DNA of 52,219 bases from a virus (Duplodnaviria; Caudoviricetes), in IMG/VR virus record IMGVR_UViG_3300025127_000055, positions 1-52,219 of that record; one strand, given 5' to 3'. The translations under genes and the position numbers were made by a program. Positions within the stretch are counted from its first letter, which is position 1. Each line of letters begins with the position of its first letter. Below, in pieces: positions 19,001 through 31,000 of this stretch. The notes under the pieces were generated by a model. That model ran no database searches and was not told the DNA's origin. It was given only the letters and a program-made list of their open reading frames with translations.

Positions 19001-22000
19001 AACAATATCATTAACTGCAAAAGTTCCTTTTACCATTTTAATTGGAAGGAATTTAGGAACTGCATAAGGTGTCAAATCAGTATTTTCCATGAAAACATAA
19101 AACCTTGTATTTGGTTTTACTCTCTGAGCAAAAACTTCAATATTTCGAGATCTTACATTGTAAGAAACATTCATACTTACAACTTTAGTTCCCAAATCTA
19201 TAACTTGCTCACTAGCAGACAACTCCAAACCAAATTCTCTTTCGACACCACTTTCTTCAAATGTTTGTCTTATTGTGTTTCTAACATCTGTAGTGGTAGT
19301 TGTAGTTGTAGTTGTTGTATCTCCTCTCCTTTGAACATCAGTGTCAACATCTCTACGTAAAATTTCCCTACCAATAACATCCTCATCAACTAAAGTAGCA
19401 CTATCTCTACCATTCCAAGTAGTTTCATGAGAGTTCCAAAAACTGGATGCCATTCCACCATTCTCATCATCAACTCCTAATAGATCTGCTATACCATCAA
19501 AAACACTATCAACTTGAATATTTTGGGAAGGTAATACTGTCTCTTCAATCCAAAAATCTGAACTTGGTGTTAATTCAATTAATCCAACAAACGTAGTGAC
19601 AAGAAATGGATTTAAATTTTCAACTCTAGTTGCATTTTGTTGATTTATGAATGGAACTTCTGTATAACTTAAGGTTAGAGCAGGCCCTCCTCTTGTAATG
19701 TTAGAATCATCAAAATCGTTGGTAAACTTATAATCAGTAGTTATTGGATTTCGAGATGAACTATTTGTTTCAAAAACTAATGAAATATTTCTTTCTGTAG
19801 ATCTTGGCCTACACTCTCCTCTCACTATATCAATATCAAAATTCGATTCACCTTTTAAGTTATGTGTTTTGTGACTTTGAAAATTATCTACATAAAAACC
19901 AGACTTAAATTTATCTAACCCAGTATTTGGATCTTTTACTGACAAGTTTTTAGTATCACTTTCAAGTAAAGATAAAGTTGTGTAATTTTCTAAATTTTTA
20001 ATTCTACTTTCAAGACTACCAATGTCCCTCATTGTATATCTTTTATGTGGAACAGTTTTAGTAATTATTTTAGATGCATTACGAACATATGGTGGATATG
20101 AAATTGTTGCGACTTGGAAAGCCCCTTCATCATGAAGAGGTGCTTTAGGGATTCTTGATGGTTTACCCTCTTTTAGAGTAAATTTTCCATCTTTTGATAG
20201 GTATAATCTATCAACCCTTCCCAAATAGTAAGAATAATCAACAACAACAGTTTTGTTTGTAACTACTGTCTCAGAATTTGATGTTGAAAAGTTTCTAGAT
20301 GCATATGAAAACGGAGAATTGCTACTTGATGTGTATGGTGCTACTCTAGGTCTAAAATCAATGTAATCAGAAGCAAAAGAATCAAAAACAAATGGTATGT
20401 CCGTTGAATAATCAAGAGTGTTATAACTGTTTACTGTCTCAATATTACCCATTGACTCGTCATTAACAAGACGATCAAAAATAACTCTTATTTTACGAGT
20501 TGGTTTTTCAGCATCTGAATTTCTTACGAGTCTTGCATAATCAACAAAATCATCTCTATGACCACTATCTAAAGTAAAACTATCAAGTATATTTGTATCT
20601 CCAATAACTATATCAGATATTCTGGCTATAATCCCAGAGGTCATGAGAGAAATACTTTCCTCCAATTGGAATGTATTTTCGTTTTCATAAACAAAAGACA
20701 ACTGAGTCGCTCCTACGACCACTACACGAGCAACTGCACCTGATGTGGCACCAATAAATTGTTCACCAACTAGCACGTTACTCGTAAATGTATCACTTTG
20801 CTCATCAACACTTATTACTGGCAATTCTGGATCATTTGTATCATTTGATTCTAAAACTGCTAAAACACGAGTTGCTTCTGGGAAGTTCAATGATATTTCT
20901 TCGTCTTGAACTCTTGTTCCATAAACTTGACTGAAAGATAATCCATCATTTAAAGATGTTGATCCAATACCAGATCCTGACAATTCGGATTTACTAACAA
21001 TTAAATTTTCACATCTTGTGATGGTTTTTTGTTTTGAAACTAATTTGCTTCTTCTCACTGCAACAGTTAAAGTTGCAGATCCGTTTGGTAATCCAGAAAT
21101 TGTAACTGTCTTAAGATTAGCAGAAACAGTTACCTGTGGTTCAAAAAGAGTTATTGGATTATCATTTACATCTAAAACATAATTATCAACACTAAACAAT
21201 TCAAAAAATAATTCACTTGTATCTCCACCAAGTGCACTAATGTTAAAAACAGCAGAACTTCCTGATACTGTTGCTGTAAATTGTTTTCTAGTAATATAAG
21301 AACTATCTAAGACATTCATGGATGCTACATAATCATTTGCTAGTTTAACTCTTAAACCAGGATTATCAGACTCATTTAAAGTTGAAACTACAACATTTAC
21401 ACCAGATAATGGGTTAGTTCCTGATGTATTAGTAATACCACCTACACAAACTCCACTTACATTTGCAACTGCTGCAATAGTTACATTGTTTTGAGTGACA
21501 TCTGTAACTCTGTTAAAAGTAGGATCTGTTTGTCCTACTGTTCCGTATGAAATAATATCACCAATCTTTACTTGACTTCTAAAATCAGCAACTTGAGGTG
21601 ATGCTAATGTATTACCACCAGTGATATTAAATTCAATACTTTCAGGAAATACTTTCTTTTTAGTGTTTAAGACTGTGTTTGCAGCAAATGTTGTATTTCC
21701 AGATCCAACACCTCCAATTGAACCAGTGGTACTATGAACTGCTTTGATAGATTCGATATCATTATCTACTATTTCTGTAATATTATTTCCAGAGTCAATT
21801 CCATTAATAATTAATGGTTCATTAACTTGAAATGTTCCATTTACATCACGGAGAGTTACTGATGTTCCTCCACTCACTGCAGCAACTGCATATCCAGCTG
21901 ATCCACTATACTTACCTTTTACGTAGGAATCTGCAGCAATTGTAGTATCGTTTGATACTGTAAGAACTGTATAAAGTTGAATATCATAAACTTTTAAATC

Positions 22001-23377
22001 AAATACAGTAACTCCGATACCTGCGGCCGCCTTTTGATTAAAATCAAAAACTCTTGCATCTCCAATAATTGTTCCAGTAGTGGAAAATTTATTGACAGTT
22101 AATCTTTGATCAACTAATTTTATTTTTGCATCATTACTAAATCCTGTAGTTGGTGTTCCTTTTACATTAGTAATTTTTATTGATGTTCCAACTCGAATTG
22201 GAACACTTTGGTTTTCAAGTAACTTAGTAGTTCTTGGTTTTAAGATGTCTAAAGATGTTGTTGATATTTTATCAATTTCATAACCTCGAACAAATGCCTT
22301 TCCAGCTGAAATTTGCAAACAAATAGAATCTTCACCAGGAGCATTCCCATTTGAGGTTTGCTGATTATTAAAATATATTCCTCGATTACCAATTCTATCA
22401 TTCAAAGATTCTCTTACCTCAAGAGAAAAAGGTCTTACATAATAATCACCAGATTCATCGTAAGTTCTTCTTGCTAATTCTTCTGCAAATATATTATATT
22501 CAGTTTTTGTTACTATTTCTTCAACTCTTCCATTTTCAACTCTAAGAAGTTCAACAAAATTAGTATCGTCGTTATCTGTTAAAGATTTTTTATGTAATCT
22601 TGTTGATAATTTAAATCTATCAGCACCAGGTGCAGATTCATTTGAAAATCCTTTAGCATTATCATATAGATCAGAATTTACTAATGATGGACTTACAACT
22701 TCTTCTTTTAGTAAAAATCCAGCTCTGTAACTTGGTGTATTTGAATATTGGTCTAGGATTATTGTAGAAGTTACATTCTTAACAAAAAATCCTCGAATGA
22801 AAAAGACACCCTCACTCACTGAAATCGCAGATCCTGTGGATGTAGAATTGGAAACAACACATCTTGCAAATTGTCCATTTTCTGCAATGCTTGTATTTGC
22901 ATAGTTTATACTAGAAAGAGTTATGAGGTTTTCACCATCAGCAAAAATTTTTGTCTCTCCATCAGTTCCCGATTTTGTATATTTAATGTATAGGGTATCA
23001 AATCCATCAATCGATTCGGAAGATGTTAACCTATTAACCACAGTCGCTTCAACACCTGTTGTCTCACCCTTTATTTCTATTTTATTATCTGCTAGAATAT
23101 TTGTATAACTACTAACTGGAACATTTAGGAAATTTGGATCTATTTTAACTGCTGTATACTCTGGATCATATGTAACTCCACCAGGAATAACCATTGAACC
23201 TTCTTTAAAAAAGTGTTGTCCAAACTTTTCAACTTGATCTTGAAGAATCGTTTGTAGAGTTGTTAATTCCCTAGCTTGAATTGGAAATCCTGGTTTGAAT
23301 AAAACTTTGTGATAGTTTTTACTATCAACAAAATCATCAAAATATGGGGAAACGTTTAAATTAGTATTTTGTGGCAT
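16001..23377 (-). CDS. Large virion structural protein, VrlC-like (DUF4815-type), 2458 aa
   Basis: MPQNTNLNVSPYFDDF, VLFKPGFPIQARELTTLQ, APGADRFK, LARRTYDESGDY, DPLAQSFFV, GSLFKSQN..TW..QYEDLKF; follows gp8 as in cyanomyoviruses. Confidence 0.88.
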   Translation of the reverse strand: MPQNTNLNVSPYFDDFVDSKNYHKVLFKPGFPIQARELTTLQTILQDQVEKFGQHFFKEGSMVIPGGVTYDPEYTAVKIDPNFLNVPVSSYTNILADNKIEIKGETTGVEATVVNRLTSSESIDGFDTLYIKYTKSGTDGETKIFADGENLITLSSINYANTSIAENGQFARCVVSNSTSTGSAISVSEGVFFIRGFFVKNVTSTIILDQYSNTPSYRAGFLLKEEVVSPSLVNSDLYDNAKGFSNESAPGADRFKLSTRLHKKSLTDNDDTNFVELLRVENGRVEEIVTKTEYNIFAEELARRTYDESGDYYVRPFSLEVRESLNDRIGNRGIYFNNQQTSNGNAPGEDSICLQISAGKAFVRGYEIDKISTTSLDILKPRTTKLLENQSVPIRVGTSIKITNVKGTPTTGFSNDAKIKLVDQRLTVNKFSTTGTIIGDARVFDFNQKAAAGIGVTVFDLKVYDIQLYTVLTVSNDTTIAADSYVKGKYSGSAGYAVAAVSGGTSVTLRDVNGTFQVNEPLIINGIDSGNNITEIVDNDIESIKAVHSTTGSIGGVGSGNTTFAANTVLNTKKKVFPESIEFNITGGNTLASPQVADFRSQVKIGDIISYGTVGQTDPTFNRVTDVTQNNVTIAAVANVSGVCVGGITNTSGTNPLSGVNVVVSTLNESDNPGLRVKLANDYVASMNVLDSSYITRKQFTATVSGSSAVFNISALGGDTSELFFELFSVDNYVLDVNDNPITLFEPQVTVSANLKTVTISGLPNGSATLTVAVRRSKLVSKQKTITRCENLIVSKSELSGSGIGSTSLNDGLSFSQVYGTRVQDEEISLNFPEATRVLAVLESNDTNDPELPVISVDEQSDTFTSNVLVGEQFIGATSGAVARVVVVGATQLSFVYENENTFQLEESISLMTSGIIARISDIVIGDTNILDSFTLDSGHRDDFVDYARLVRNSDAEKPTRKIRVIFDRLVNDESMGNIETVNSYNTLDYSTDIPFVFDSFASDYIDFRPRVAPYTSSSNSPFSYASRNFSTSNSETVVTNKTVVVDYSYYLGRVDRLYLSKDGKFTLKEGKPSRIPKAPLHDEGAFQVATISYPPYVRNASKIITKTVPHKRYTMRDIGSLESRIKNLENYTTLSLLESDTKNLSVKDPNTGLDKFKSGFYVDNFQSHKTHNLKGESNFDIDIVRGECRPRSTERNISLVFETNSSSRNPITTDYKFTNDFDDSNITRGGPALTLSYTEVPFINQQNATRVENLNPFLVTTFVGLIELTPSSDFWIEETVLPSQNIQVDSVFDGIADLLGVDDENGGMASSFWNSHETTWNGRDSATLVDEDVIGREILRRDVDTDVQRRGDTTTTTTTTTTDVRNTIRQTFEESGVEREFGLELSASEQVIDLGTKVVSMNVSYNVRSRNIEVFAQRVKPNTRFYVFMENTDLTPYAVPKFLPIKMVKGTFAVNDIVESISQSNETTSIPEIKFRVATPNHKEGPYNDPTETLTNLAYPITTLSSAYSSTSEVLNIDTADLSLENNVENSGYVFKGMELVNEDGSAEATVGTPALVSDEQGDLIFSLHVPDPKISSNPVFTTGNNTIRITTDAGNAAILDPGSSSAEAEYFASGYQTNTQEQTLSIKQPQIERKEVGRKDVSRTFNRTRTETETDVDIRTNVEVEDSDPLAQSFFVESDTYENGIFITGGDLFFKTKDKKVPVTIQIRTMRDGVPTSTVVPFGETKIKSKDVKISDDGSLASSFKFKTPVYLQSGHEYCMVLMAFGTLNYLAFINRMGETDLITQGLNATQPTLGSLFKSQNNRTWTPSQYEDLKFVLNKAEFITNTPSSVLLYNSRIKRHRIKRRNTVTTFSKRVNVNLGATTQTVFTQGDKFEQTVNSFDHTAKVFSVGGPIKTGASGSNLTVVGNTGIGLTPTSGSSQLYTGIGFTSLTGFGQGATANVTVQNGAVTAANINIQNGGSGYAPGDLLMLNALGSTGSGVRVVVKSHVGLGGTNVIILDDVKNNFVDSQDMKHFPNGGGQNTIANADITSVIADPIRDGYTMRVKHKNHGMHSNTNELRITRFRSDVKPTTLTQKIDDDTTIISLASATGFNVFEDQTVTADFPGFVQIDKEVIKYTGVNGNTLTGITRAIDAGVDDRRKSDHKAKAYVFKYEFNGISLRKINKRHDMDPREKTFDSYHVKVSTASTEVSFRTTKAGGGNDLHVTQNMPFEAINPQITSITPSGTNISARIKTTSGTSLSGNEPSFNDMGYENVALNKINYFDTPRIVASGANEYHLLDNNKSLFLELTLSTNNKDVSPMINLDTANAILLSNLVDDKVDDFETDSRTKIPGSDPNNAIYETKLINLEFVSNSLMVQFDGHREAEGDIRVFYKLVRSDGSGARQSYVPFNTNGLPDTIVKPNAKRNTFSEYKFTAENTAQFNAFMIKVVMTSTNQAKPPRLKNFRAIALRSFEIE

Positions 23378-23381
23378 CTTT

Positions 23382-24971
23382 TTAGAACTCTATTACGATT
23401 TTTACCTCTTCCTTTTGTGAAGGGGTTCTTGTTACTGGTGCTCGATTATCAACATAGATGATATCCCCAGAATATTTTTTAACATCTGGATTTGCTTTTC
23501 CACTAACAAATGTTTGACCTAAACTTTGATTTTTTCCAGTTGATATGGTAACAGAATCACCATTAAAAGTTGTGTCAACGGTTGCATTTTCTGGACTTCC
23601 TCCAGTAATTACAATGCTTTGACCCACAAAATCAAGTTTTTTGTAAGAATATTGTGAAAGTGTTGAAAATCCGACTGGTTGATAATATCTCAATACTCCA
23701 GTATCTGAATCCCAAGAAGCAACATAACCTACTGCAGTAGATCCAAGTCCAACTGTTTGAGTAATTAATGAATTAGTTGTATATGTTATATCTGATAGTG
23801 CTGTGCTACCAGTAGATTTCAACTTTAATGCACTCAAATTAGTTGCAGTCGTATTATTTAGAAGGTCAGTTCCACTAAATTGAAGAGGATTTTTAACTAT
23901 ACCAACACGAGAAAAGTCATTACCAATGACATAATCTGGAGCATCGTCAACATTGTTGTCATACTTAGAATATACCATTACCCTAAGTCCACCTAATTCA
24001 CGATATATGTCAGCACCATGACCTCCTTTTGGTGGGATTACTACTTCAAAATTAACACCACTTCCTGCATTAAGACTTTTTCCTCCATATGTTCCTGTTT
24101 CAAATCTAACAGAAGCATAAGTGAATCCAGTCCCACCAACAACACTCTCTACACTTTCTACTGATCCTCCAGCTACATTTATTGTTATTGTCCCACCACT
24201 TCCATCTCCAATAATTGGTATATTTGCAATTGTTCCATTAAGAGAACCATCCACCTCAACTCCAGAACCAGAATTTGTAACGACTACAGTTTCAATTTTT
24301 CCATCAACTGCAGCATTTTTCACAGATGAAGTTGAAGCATCACCCCATTTTTGTGGGAGTGGTATGAATTTTGTAGTTGCAAACTTAACTATATCTGATG
24401 GTGTAATGCTATAAAGATATTTCCACAAATAACCATCAGACCCATTACCAGCCACTTGAGGAGAGTTATTAGTATGTGTAGGTTCAAATAAAGATTTTTG
24501 TCCACTGGAGTTAGTTGAGTTCGTTCCATTGTTAATACAAAGATATACTTTAAATTCAGAAGTAACAACGTAATAAGTTGATCCATAAAGAGATGTGGAT
24601 GAACTATTCGGTGTTAAATTTTTATCAGTGTAACTATTTTTAGCAGAATAGTTATTTCTATACATCTCATATACCGTTCCTGATTGCCAATCCACTCTTG
24701 GAACAACTATCCTAACATCATTTGAAGTTATTTTCTTCAAAAATAGCATACTATCATAGTAAAAACTTTCTTGAGCGAAAGAATCTACTGGAGCTGGAGT
24801 TTCAGAACCCCAGTTAGGATCTCCATAATTCTTAATGTTTATATTCTGTGGATTTGGGTGTGCTAAAAACGTATAATAATTATTATTTCCAGACGTGCCA
24901 ATACCTACGAAACTATCTACAAAAGTTTGTGCGTTTAATATTCGATATTGGTCAGTGATTATTGCAGGCAT
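23382..24971 (-). CDS. gp8: Baseplate wedge subunit (T4 gp8)
   Basis: MPAIITDQYRILNA, PRVDWQSGTVYEMYR, YVVTSEFKVYLCINN, DGYLWKYLY, GGHGAD, KYSGDIIYVDNR...EEVKIVIEF. Confidence 0.93.
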   Translation of the reverse strand: MPAIITDQYRILNAQTFVDSFVGIGTSGNNNYYTFLAHPNPQNINIKNYGDPNWGSETPAPVDSFAQESFYYDSMLFLKKITSNDVRIVVPRVDWQSGTVYEMYRNNYSAKNSYTDKNLTPNSSSTSLYGSTYYVVTSEFKVYLCINNGTNSTNSSGQKSLFEPTHTNNSPQVAGNGSDGYLWKYLYSITPSDIVKFATTKFIPLPQKWGDASTSSVKNAAVDGKIETVVVTNSGSGVEVDGSLNGTIANIPIIGDGSGGTITINVAGGSVESVESVVGGTGFTYASVRFETGTYGGKSLNAGSGVNFEVVIPPKGGHGADIYRELGGLRVMVYSKYDNNVDDAPDYVIGNDFSRVGIVKNPLQFSGTDLLNNTTATNLSALKLKSTGSTALSDITYTTNSLITQTVGLGSTAVGYVASWDSDTGVLRYYQPVGFSTLSQYSYKKLDFVGQSIVITGGSPENATVDTTFNGDSVTISTGKNQSLGQTFVSGKANPDVKKYSGDIIYVDNRAPVTRTPSQKEEVKIVIEF

Positions 24972-24990
24972 TGATACTTACATTTTTGAT

Positions 24991-24998
24991 TATTTATA
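24991..24998 (-). promoter_or_regulatory. T4-type late promoter TATAAATA upstream of gp8
   Basis: + strand tatttata at 24991-24998. Confidence 0.8.
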
Positions 24999-25002
24999 CC
25001 TG

Positions 25003-28000
25003 TTATGTATAAGAAGTTCTCATAGGTAGAGTTCTTATGATTTGAGTTGAAGTTTCTATCCCAAGTAAACCATTCTGATTATGGAAAGTAAACGGTTTTG
25101 AATTTGCACTTCTAGATACATTAATTGAACCCCAACTATAATTTCCAGATTTATAATAAGCAGATAAACCTGCAGTGTTTATACCTGAAATTGAACTCAC
25201 ATTTGCAAAAACTCTTGTCATTGATGATCCAACAGATACAAAATGTGCAGCATAGTATACATTATCTAAGAAACTATTTCCAATACTAACAGTTTCTGGG
25301 CCAGAAGATGTGGTCTTAATTCCAGTGACACCAGATCCTATAAAGGTATTTTTAATTACAAAATAATCACCAGTAGTAATTCCTGATTTTGAAATTTGAT
25401 TTGAACCAGGACTTGGTGAATATATTAATGGATCTGGTTTGATTTCAAAAAATATTGCAGGCCCAGTTGTATTGATTCCAGTTGCACTAAGACCAATTCC
25501 AGTTACAATCCCATAATCACCATTGTAACTAACCTCTTCAATTGTCTCCACAACAGCTGTTGTTCCTAAACCTACTATGTTTATATCATTTTGAGTCTGT
25601 CCTAAATTATCAACTTGTTGGAATAACCAAGTATCTTGAACATAAATTTTAGTATCAGTTGGAGTTATTGACTTTATAATTCCTGTTGTTGGTAATATTT
25701 TTGGTTCTAAGTAATTTCTTTCCTTTGACATACTTTGACCATCAATAATTAAGTCTTCAGTTTGTTTTCTCCACATTGTTGGGCGAGAGAAAGTGCCATC
25801 AGTTGATATACCAACTCCAGAATATGTAGTGGTCTCCACAGTATCTGAAGCAATTAATTCATACACAACTCGATTATCTTGTTCTGATTCTCTATCTACA
25901 ATACTTCTAGATTCAGTCCTAACCTTCGAATCCTCATCTATTGTAACTCTGACAAATAAATCAGATCCAGAACCACCAATTGCTGTCTTGATTCCAGCCG
26001 TATATAACGCTCCAGTGTTTATAATAGTCACACCTAAAACTCCCCCATCAGGAGTTATACTGTCAATTTTTAGTTTAGCTAAGTCTACATTTGGATTTTT
26101 CTTTCCTGTTGGGTTTTCTAGAGTTACTCCTGCAGCATCATTTCCCGATTCATCAGATCCTCCTAAAAGTTCAACTTCCTGACCTATTGCAAATCCACTT
26201 CCACCGTTTGTTATAGTAACAGTTTCAATTAAATTGTGAGGTGTTGTTGTTACAATTCCAGAATTGACATTCTCTTCACTATAGTATTGTAATTTTAATT
26301 GATCACCTGGTTTTATTGTTTCATCAACATCTTCTTTTATAAAATCATCACTGGATCCAGTATAAAAATACATTTTAAAGTTACTACCTGCTTTTGGAGC
26401 CTCCCTAAATGTCATTCGTGTTCCTTTTTCAAATTCATAATCTTGACCTGGTTTTTGAAGAATATCGTTGATAAAAATTAAGAAATTATTTTGAAGTATG
26501 ATTCCTGACCCCTCTCTTGCCACTATACTATAGTATTCTTTATCTGTTATGGTTCTAGTAATTAAAAATGATCTCCTAAATCCATTAAATTGTGCACTAA
26601 AATCATCAAGTTCCAATAACTGACCAAAACACCATCCTGCAAATTTATCATGGAATTTATTTTTTACAGTAATATTAAAAGCACTAGTTCCTATTCCAAC
26701 TTGGAAAGGTAATGTTGTCAATTGCAAATTGTCTCCTATTTCATAACCAATACCACGGTCTGACATATCAAAGGATACGATACTACCTCCTGTTCCAACT
26801 ACAACATCAATTTTTGCTCCACTTCCATTACCACCAGAAAGAGGTATATTTTTGTAAGGACTTGGAGGTGCTACTGTAACAAAATTTATTCCAGTAGAAA
26901 TTCCGACTGATGTATATCCAGTGCCAGGATTATTGATAGTTACAGATGTTACTACTCCAGCAGTAACAAAAGCAGAAATTGCTGCACCAACTCCAGTTGT
27001 TGAACTAACTGATACTAATGGATTTGATAGATATCCAGCACCACCACTTGCTATACCAACAGACTGAATTGTTCCACCTGCAGATACAACAGCTGTTAAA
27101 ACTGCTTTTCTTGGAACTTGATATGCACTCCCGATACCAACATCAAATTCATTTATGATTCCACCTTTAGGTAAATCTTTATTTGCAGCAGTTCCAGTAA
27201 AATCAATTGTTTGTCCAGTTCCAACAAGTCTGTAATCTGATTTATTGATATCTCCGACATCTCCATAGAAAGGTTTTTGGAATATATTATTAATTAAAAA
27301 TGCACCAAAACTATTGATAACACCAGATACATCAGTCCCGTTTGATGTCAAATCAAACTTATCTGTAGATCCATCAAATCTATCTGATATATCATCAATA
27401 ATAGCATTAGTATTATAATTTAATCTATAATATGCTCTACCAGAAAACGTGGAGAAAGTGACAATACCAGAACTAGCAGTTGGGCCATATGGTGCTTCAG
27501 AAAAATATATTCTTCCTTCTTTTATTCGATAATCACCTTTAACTACAGTTACTGCTGCACCAACAGTATGTGCTGCAGCCACTGTTCCCATTTCTCCTCT
27601 TACTACATTTAATGAGTTTGTAGACCCAACACCAACTAAATTAACCTTAACTATTTCGTCCTCTATTTTAAGTAATGATTTTCCTGAAATTTCTGATACA
27701 TCATTTAAAAATACTATATTAGTGGATAATCCAACTGCTGTTGATAGACCTACAGAAACAACTGTAGAGAACCCAACAGGACTTTGAATCATATTGTCTA
27801 TACTGATTAAACCTCTAATTGTAGCGTCATCTGGAGGGACTGACACAGTATTTGTATTACCAATACCAATAACATTGGTAAATGTAACTGCAAGTCCAGC
27901 AGAAGCAAAACTAGCAGCAATAGCCACTTGAATAGTATCAGAGTCTACTTTGATTGCAAAAATTTCTGATGGCAATAAAGTTGTTGCAGCAACACCTGTA

Positions 28001-31000
28001 TTTGTATCTGATGTAATTCCAATTCCAATTGGTGATTGACCAGTATGAGGTTTGTATATTAATCTTTCACCAGTATTAAAATTATGATCTGATATAGTTA
28101 TTTGACTACTCACAGTGTTTATACCAGAAGGATTAAATTCTCTATGAAATAATCGATTACCTCCAGTGAATACATTAAAACTAGTGGTTCCAATAACTCC
28201 ACCACCTGTAGAAGTAACAATTCCTGTAAATTGAGAACTTATATCATCAATTAAGAGAACTTTATTTGATACTGATTCATTATAATCAGTTATAATTTTA
28301 GATCTGAATATAACTAGTTTTGATAAATTTTCATCATCAGTATCTTCTCCAACCATGTCATAGTAAAATCTTTCATGAACTGAAACTTCTTCGTTAATAT
28401 CAACATCAAAATCTATCTGTCCTTCTGCTTTTGGTCTTAAATTTTTCTTTCCCTCAGTTGCATTAGCAGTTGTACCGATACCTAAATTACAGAAATTTTT
28501 AAATCCAGCAACATGACCTAAACTGTCAACCGAATCTTTCCAAGTATCATAAGGAACGTCACCTTTAATTGAATATGAAAATCTTTGATAATAATCATTA
28601 TCATGTATATTTTGCACATCTAAATTTAATTTTCCAATATCATCTTTCCATCCATTAAAATTAACAGCAGTGCTATCTACATTCAAATCAAAATCAAATT
28701 TAAATTGTTTTGTTACTGTTCCTTTGTTATTACTTATTGTTCCTGTAATCTTATCACCTGCAATGAAATCTCCATTAGGATTAAATACCTTTAATGATTC
28801 TGATACTTGATTCCAACCATTTTTAGATACAGTTGCAAAAACATCCCTTCCATCAACTTTAACTACCTCTTCATCAATAAAAGATGTTCTTTTGAATACT
28901 GGTGTAAATACTGCTAAATCATCTTTCTTTATGACTCTACCAAAATTATTATCTATTTGATATAATCCTCCAGTGGTGCCAAGTCCAACTAATGAATAAA
29001 AGATTGCCTCCTGACCACCACCTGTGCTGATACCAGTTACTCTAAAATATGTGTAGTTATAATCACTTGAATTGTATCCATCGGCATCATCTGTTATCTT
29101 AATATTTTCAACAAATATTTCGTCATTTACTGCAAATGGAAATTGTCCAGCATTATTATAAAAACCACTATCAGACCCAGAATCTGGAATTGGTGCTCTT
29201 AAACTTAATCTAACTGTTTTATTACTATTAGTTGTAGCTGCAGTTACAACAATTCCATTTGAATTTGTAGTTGGTATAATTCTAAGATCTTCTGATAATC
29301 CACTCTCATTTGTTAAAATTTTAACTTCACCGACTGATGTTCCTGTTAAAGATGTTTGAGCAACTATAGAAGTTTTACCTATAGCTAAAACATTTGGTGG
29401 ACTTATGTAATTTATACCTCCTGATGATATTCCTATACTTTCAAGAGTTAAAGTATCTTTTAATTCTAAAATTACATTACTATCTGCTTTTGGTTTCAAA
29501 GTTTTATCAGGTGAAAATTCTAAACCTTGATTAGAAACTTTAGTGTCATTAGCACTTCCAATATCGTCTGTTTCTACAGATAAAACTGCATTTACACCAG
29601 TGGTGGTGCCAATAGAGGTTATAATTGGTAGTTTGTCAACGTTAATACCATCACTTAAGACTTTTACAGAATATATACCTCCAATCTCTCCTGTTGAACT
29701 CGTTGAGTAAAATGCAGATGAAAATCCCGAATTTGTATAGGAGTTTGTTTCTGAAACAGTTTTTGGGTTAAAGTTAAAAGTTGTACTACCAATTCCAGTA
29801 ACTCTATGTTTAGTGTTAAACAAAGAATCTTTTACTTCTATCTTAGCATAATCAGAAACTCTTTCATCAACGGGTAAGAATAAAGTTTTATCGTAATTTG
29901 TATTTTTACCTTGAATTTTATAGAAAAATTCAGTTGATAAAGAACTTCCAACTGATATTAAAATATTACTACTTGTTTTAGTTATTAAATCACTATTATA
30001 TTTTGATTTAAAGTTTTCATCATTATAAAAATCTATCTCAAAATTAGTTAAACTTAAATCAGACGTTACAAAATTAATTATGTTATTTTTATAAAAAGTT
30101 AATTTTGGATTTATTTTTGATATTTCATGATCCTGACCCCCAGTTGATGCGATACTTACGTAATTGATTGGAAATATTGATAAATCATGAGAATTTTCTG
30201 CCAATCTGATAGTGTTTATTGAATCTCTAATAACATAGTAAACTCCATCATTAACTAATGGAGAAGCTGGGGTTGATGAATTATAGACAATTAAGTCACC
30301 TGTTTGAAAATCATGGTTATTGATTGTTATTTTAGAATTTGTTGTGCCTGTTCCAATTGCTGAATCTAAAAAAGATAAAGGATTTACAACTAGTTTTCCG
30401 ATGGTTGAATTATATTTAAAATTAAAAGTTTGAGTGTTATCTGAAGTAATATGAAGTTCAAATTCATCATTTACTGATAATCCGTGTTGTTGTCCTGAAG
30501 TTGAACCAACAGAAACAGTTACTGTTCCATCTACTCTTCTTGCAAAACCAGATACTTTTTCACTGATCTTTTCAATTTTGTTATCATCGCCAACACTAGA
30601 ATTAATTGATGTAAAAAATATTTGATTAGTTTTAAATGAAACCTTTTCAGTTGATAAACCAATAAAATCATCACTTATCTTAGAACAATAAAATGTACCA
30701 ATTCCAGATAAATCAAATGCATTTGATAAGTTAAGATTTTTTGTTCCTGTAATTGTTGACCCAATAGAGGTTAATCTTACTTCTTCACCATTCTTAAAAT
30801 TATGATTTGGTAAATATATTGCCTTTGCTGGAATTGATTTGTTAATTGGAAGACTACCAGCAAATCCAACAACCACTTTAGTAGTCGTAGTTCCGATACC
30901 AACTGATTTAGTTGCTTCAAAATAACTTACAGATGTTGGTTCTGCATTTTTGTTTTTTATTTTTTTAGGTATAGAATATGTAAATTCTGTTTGTAATTTA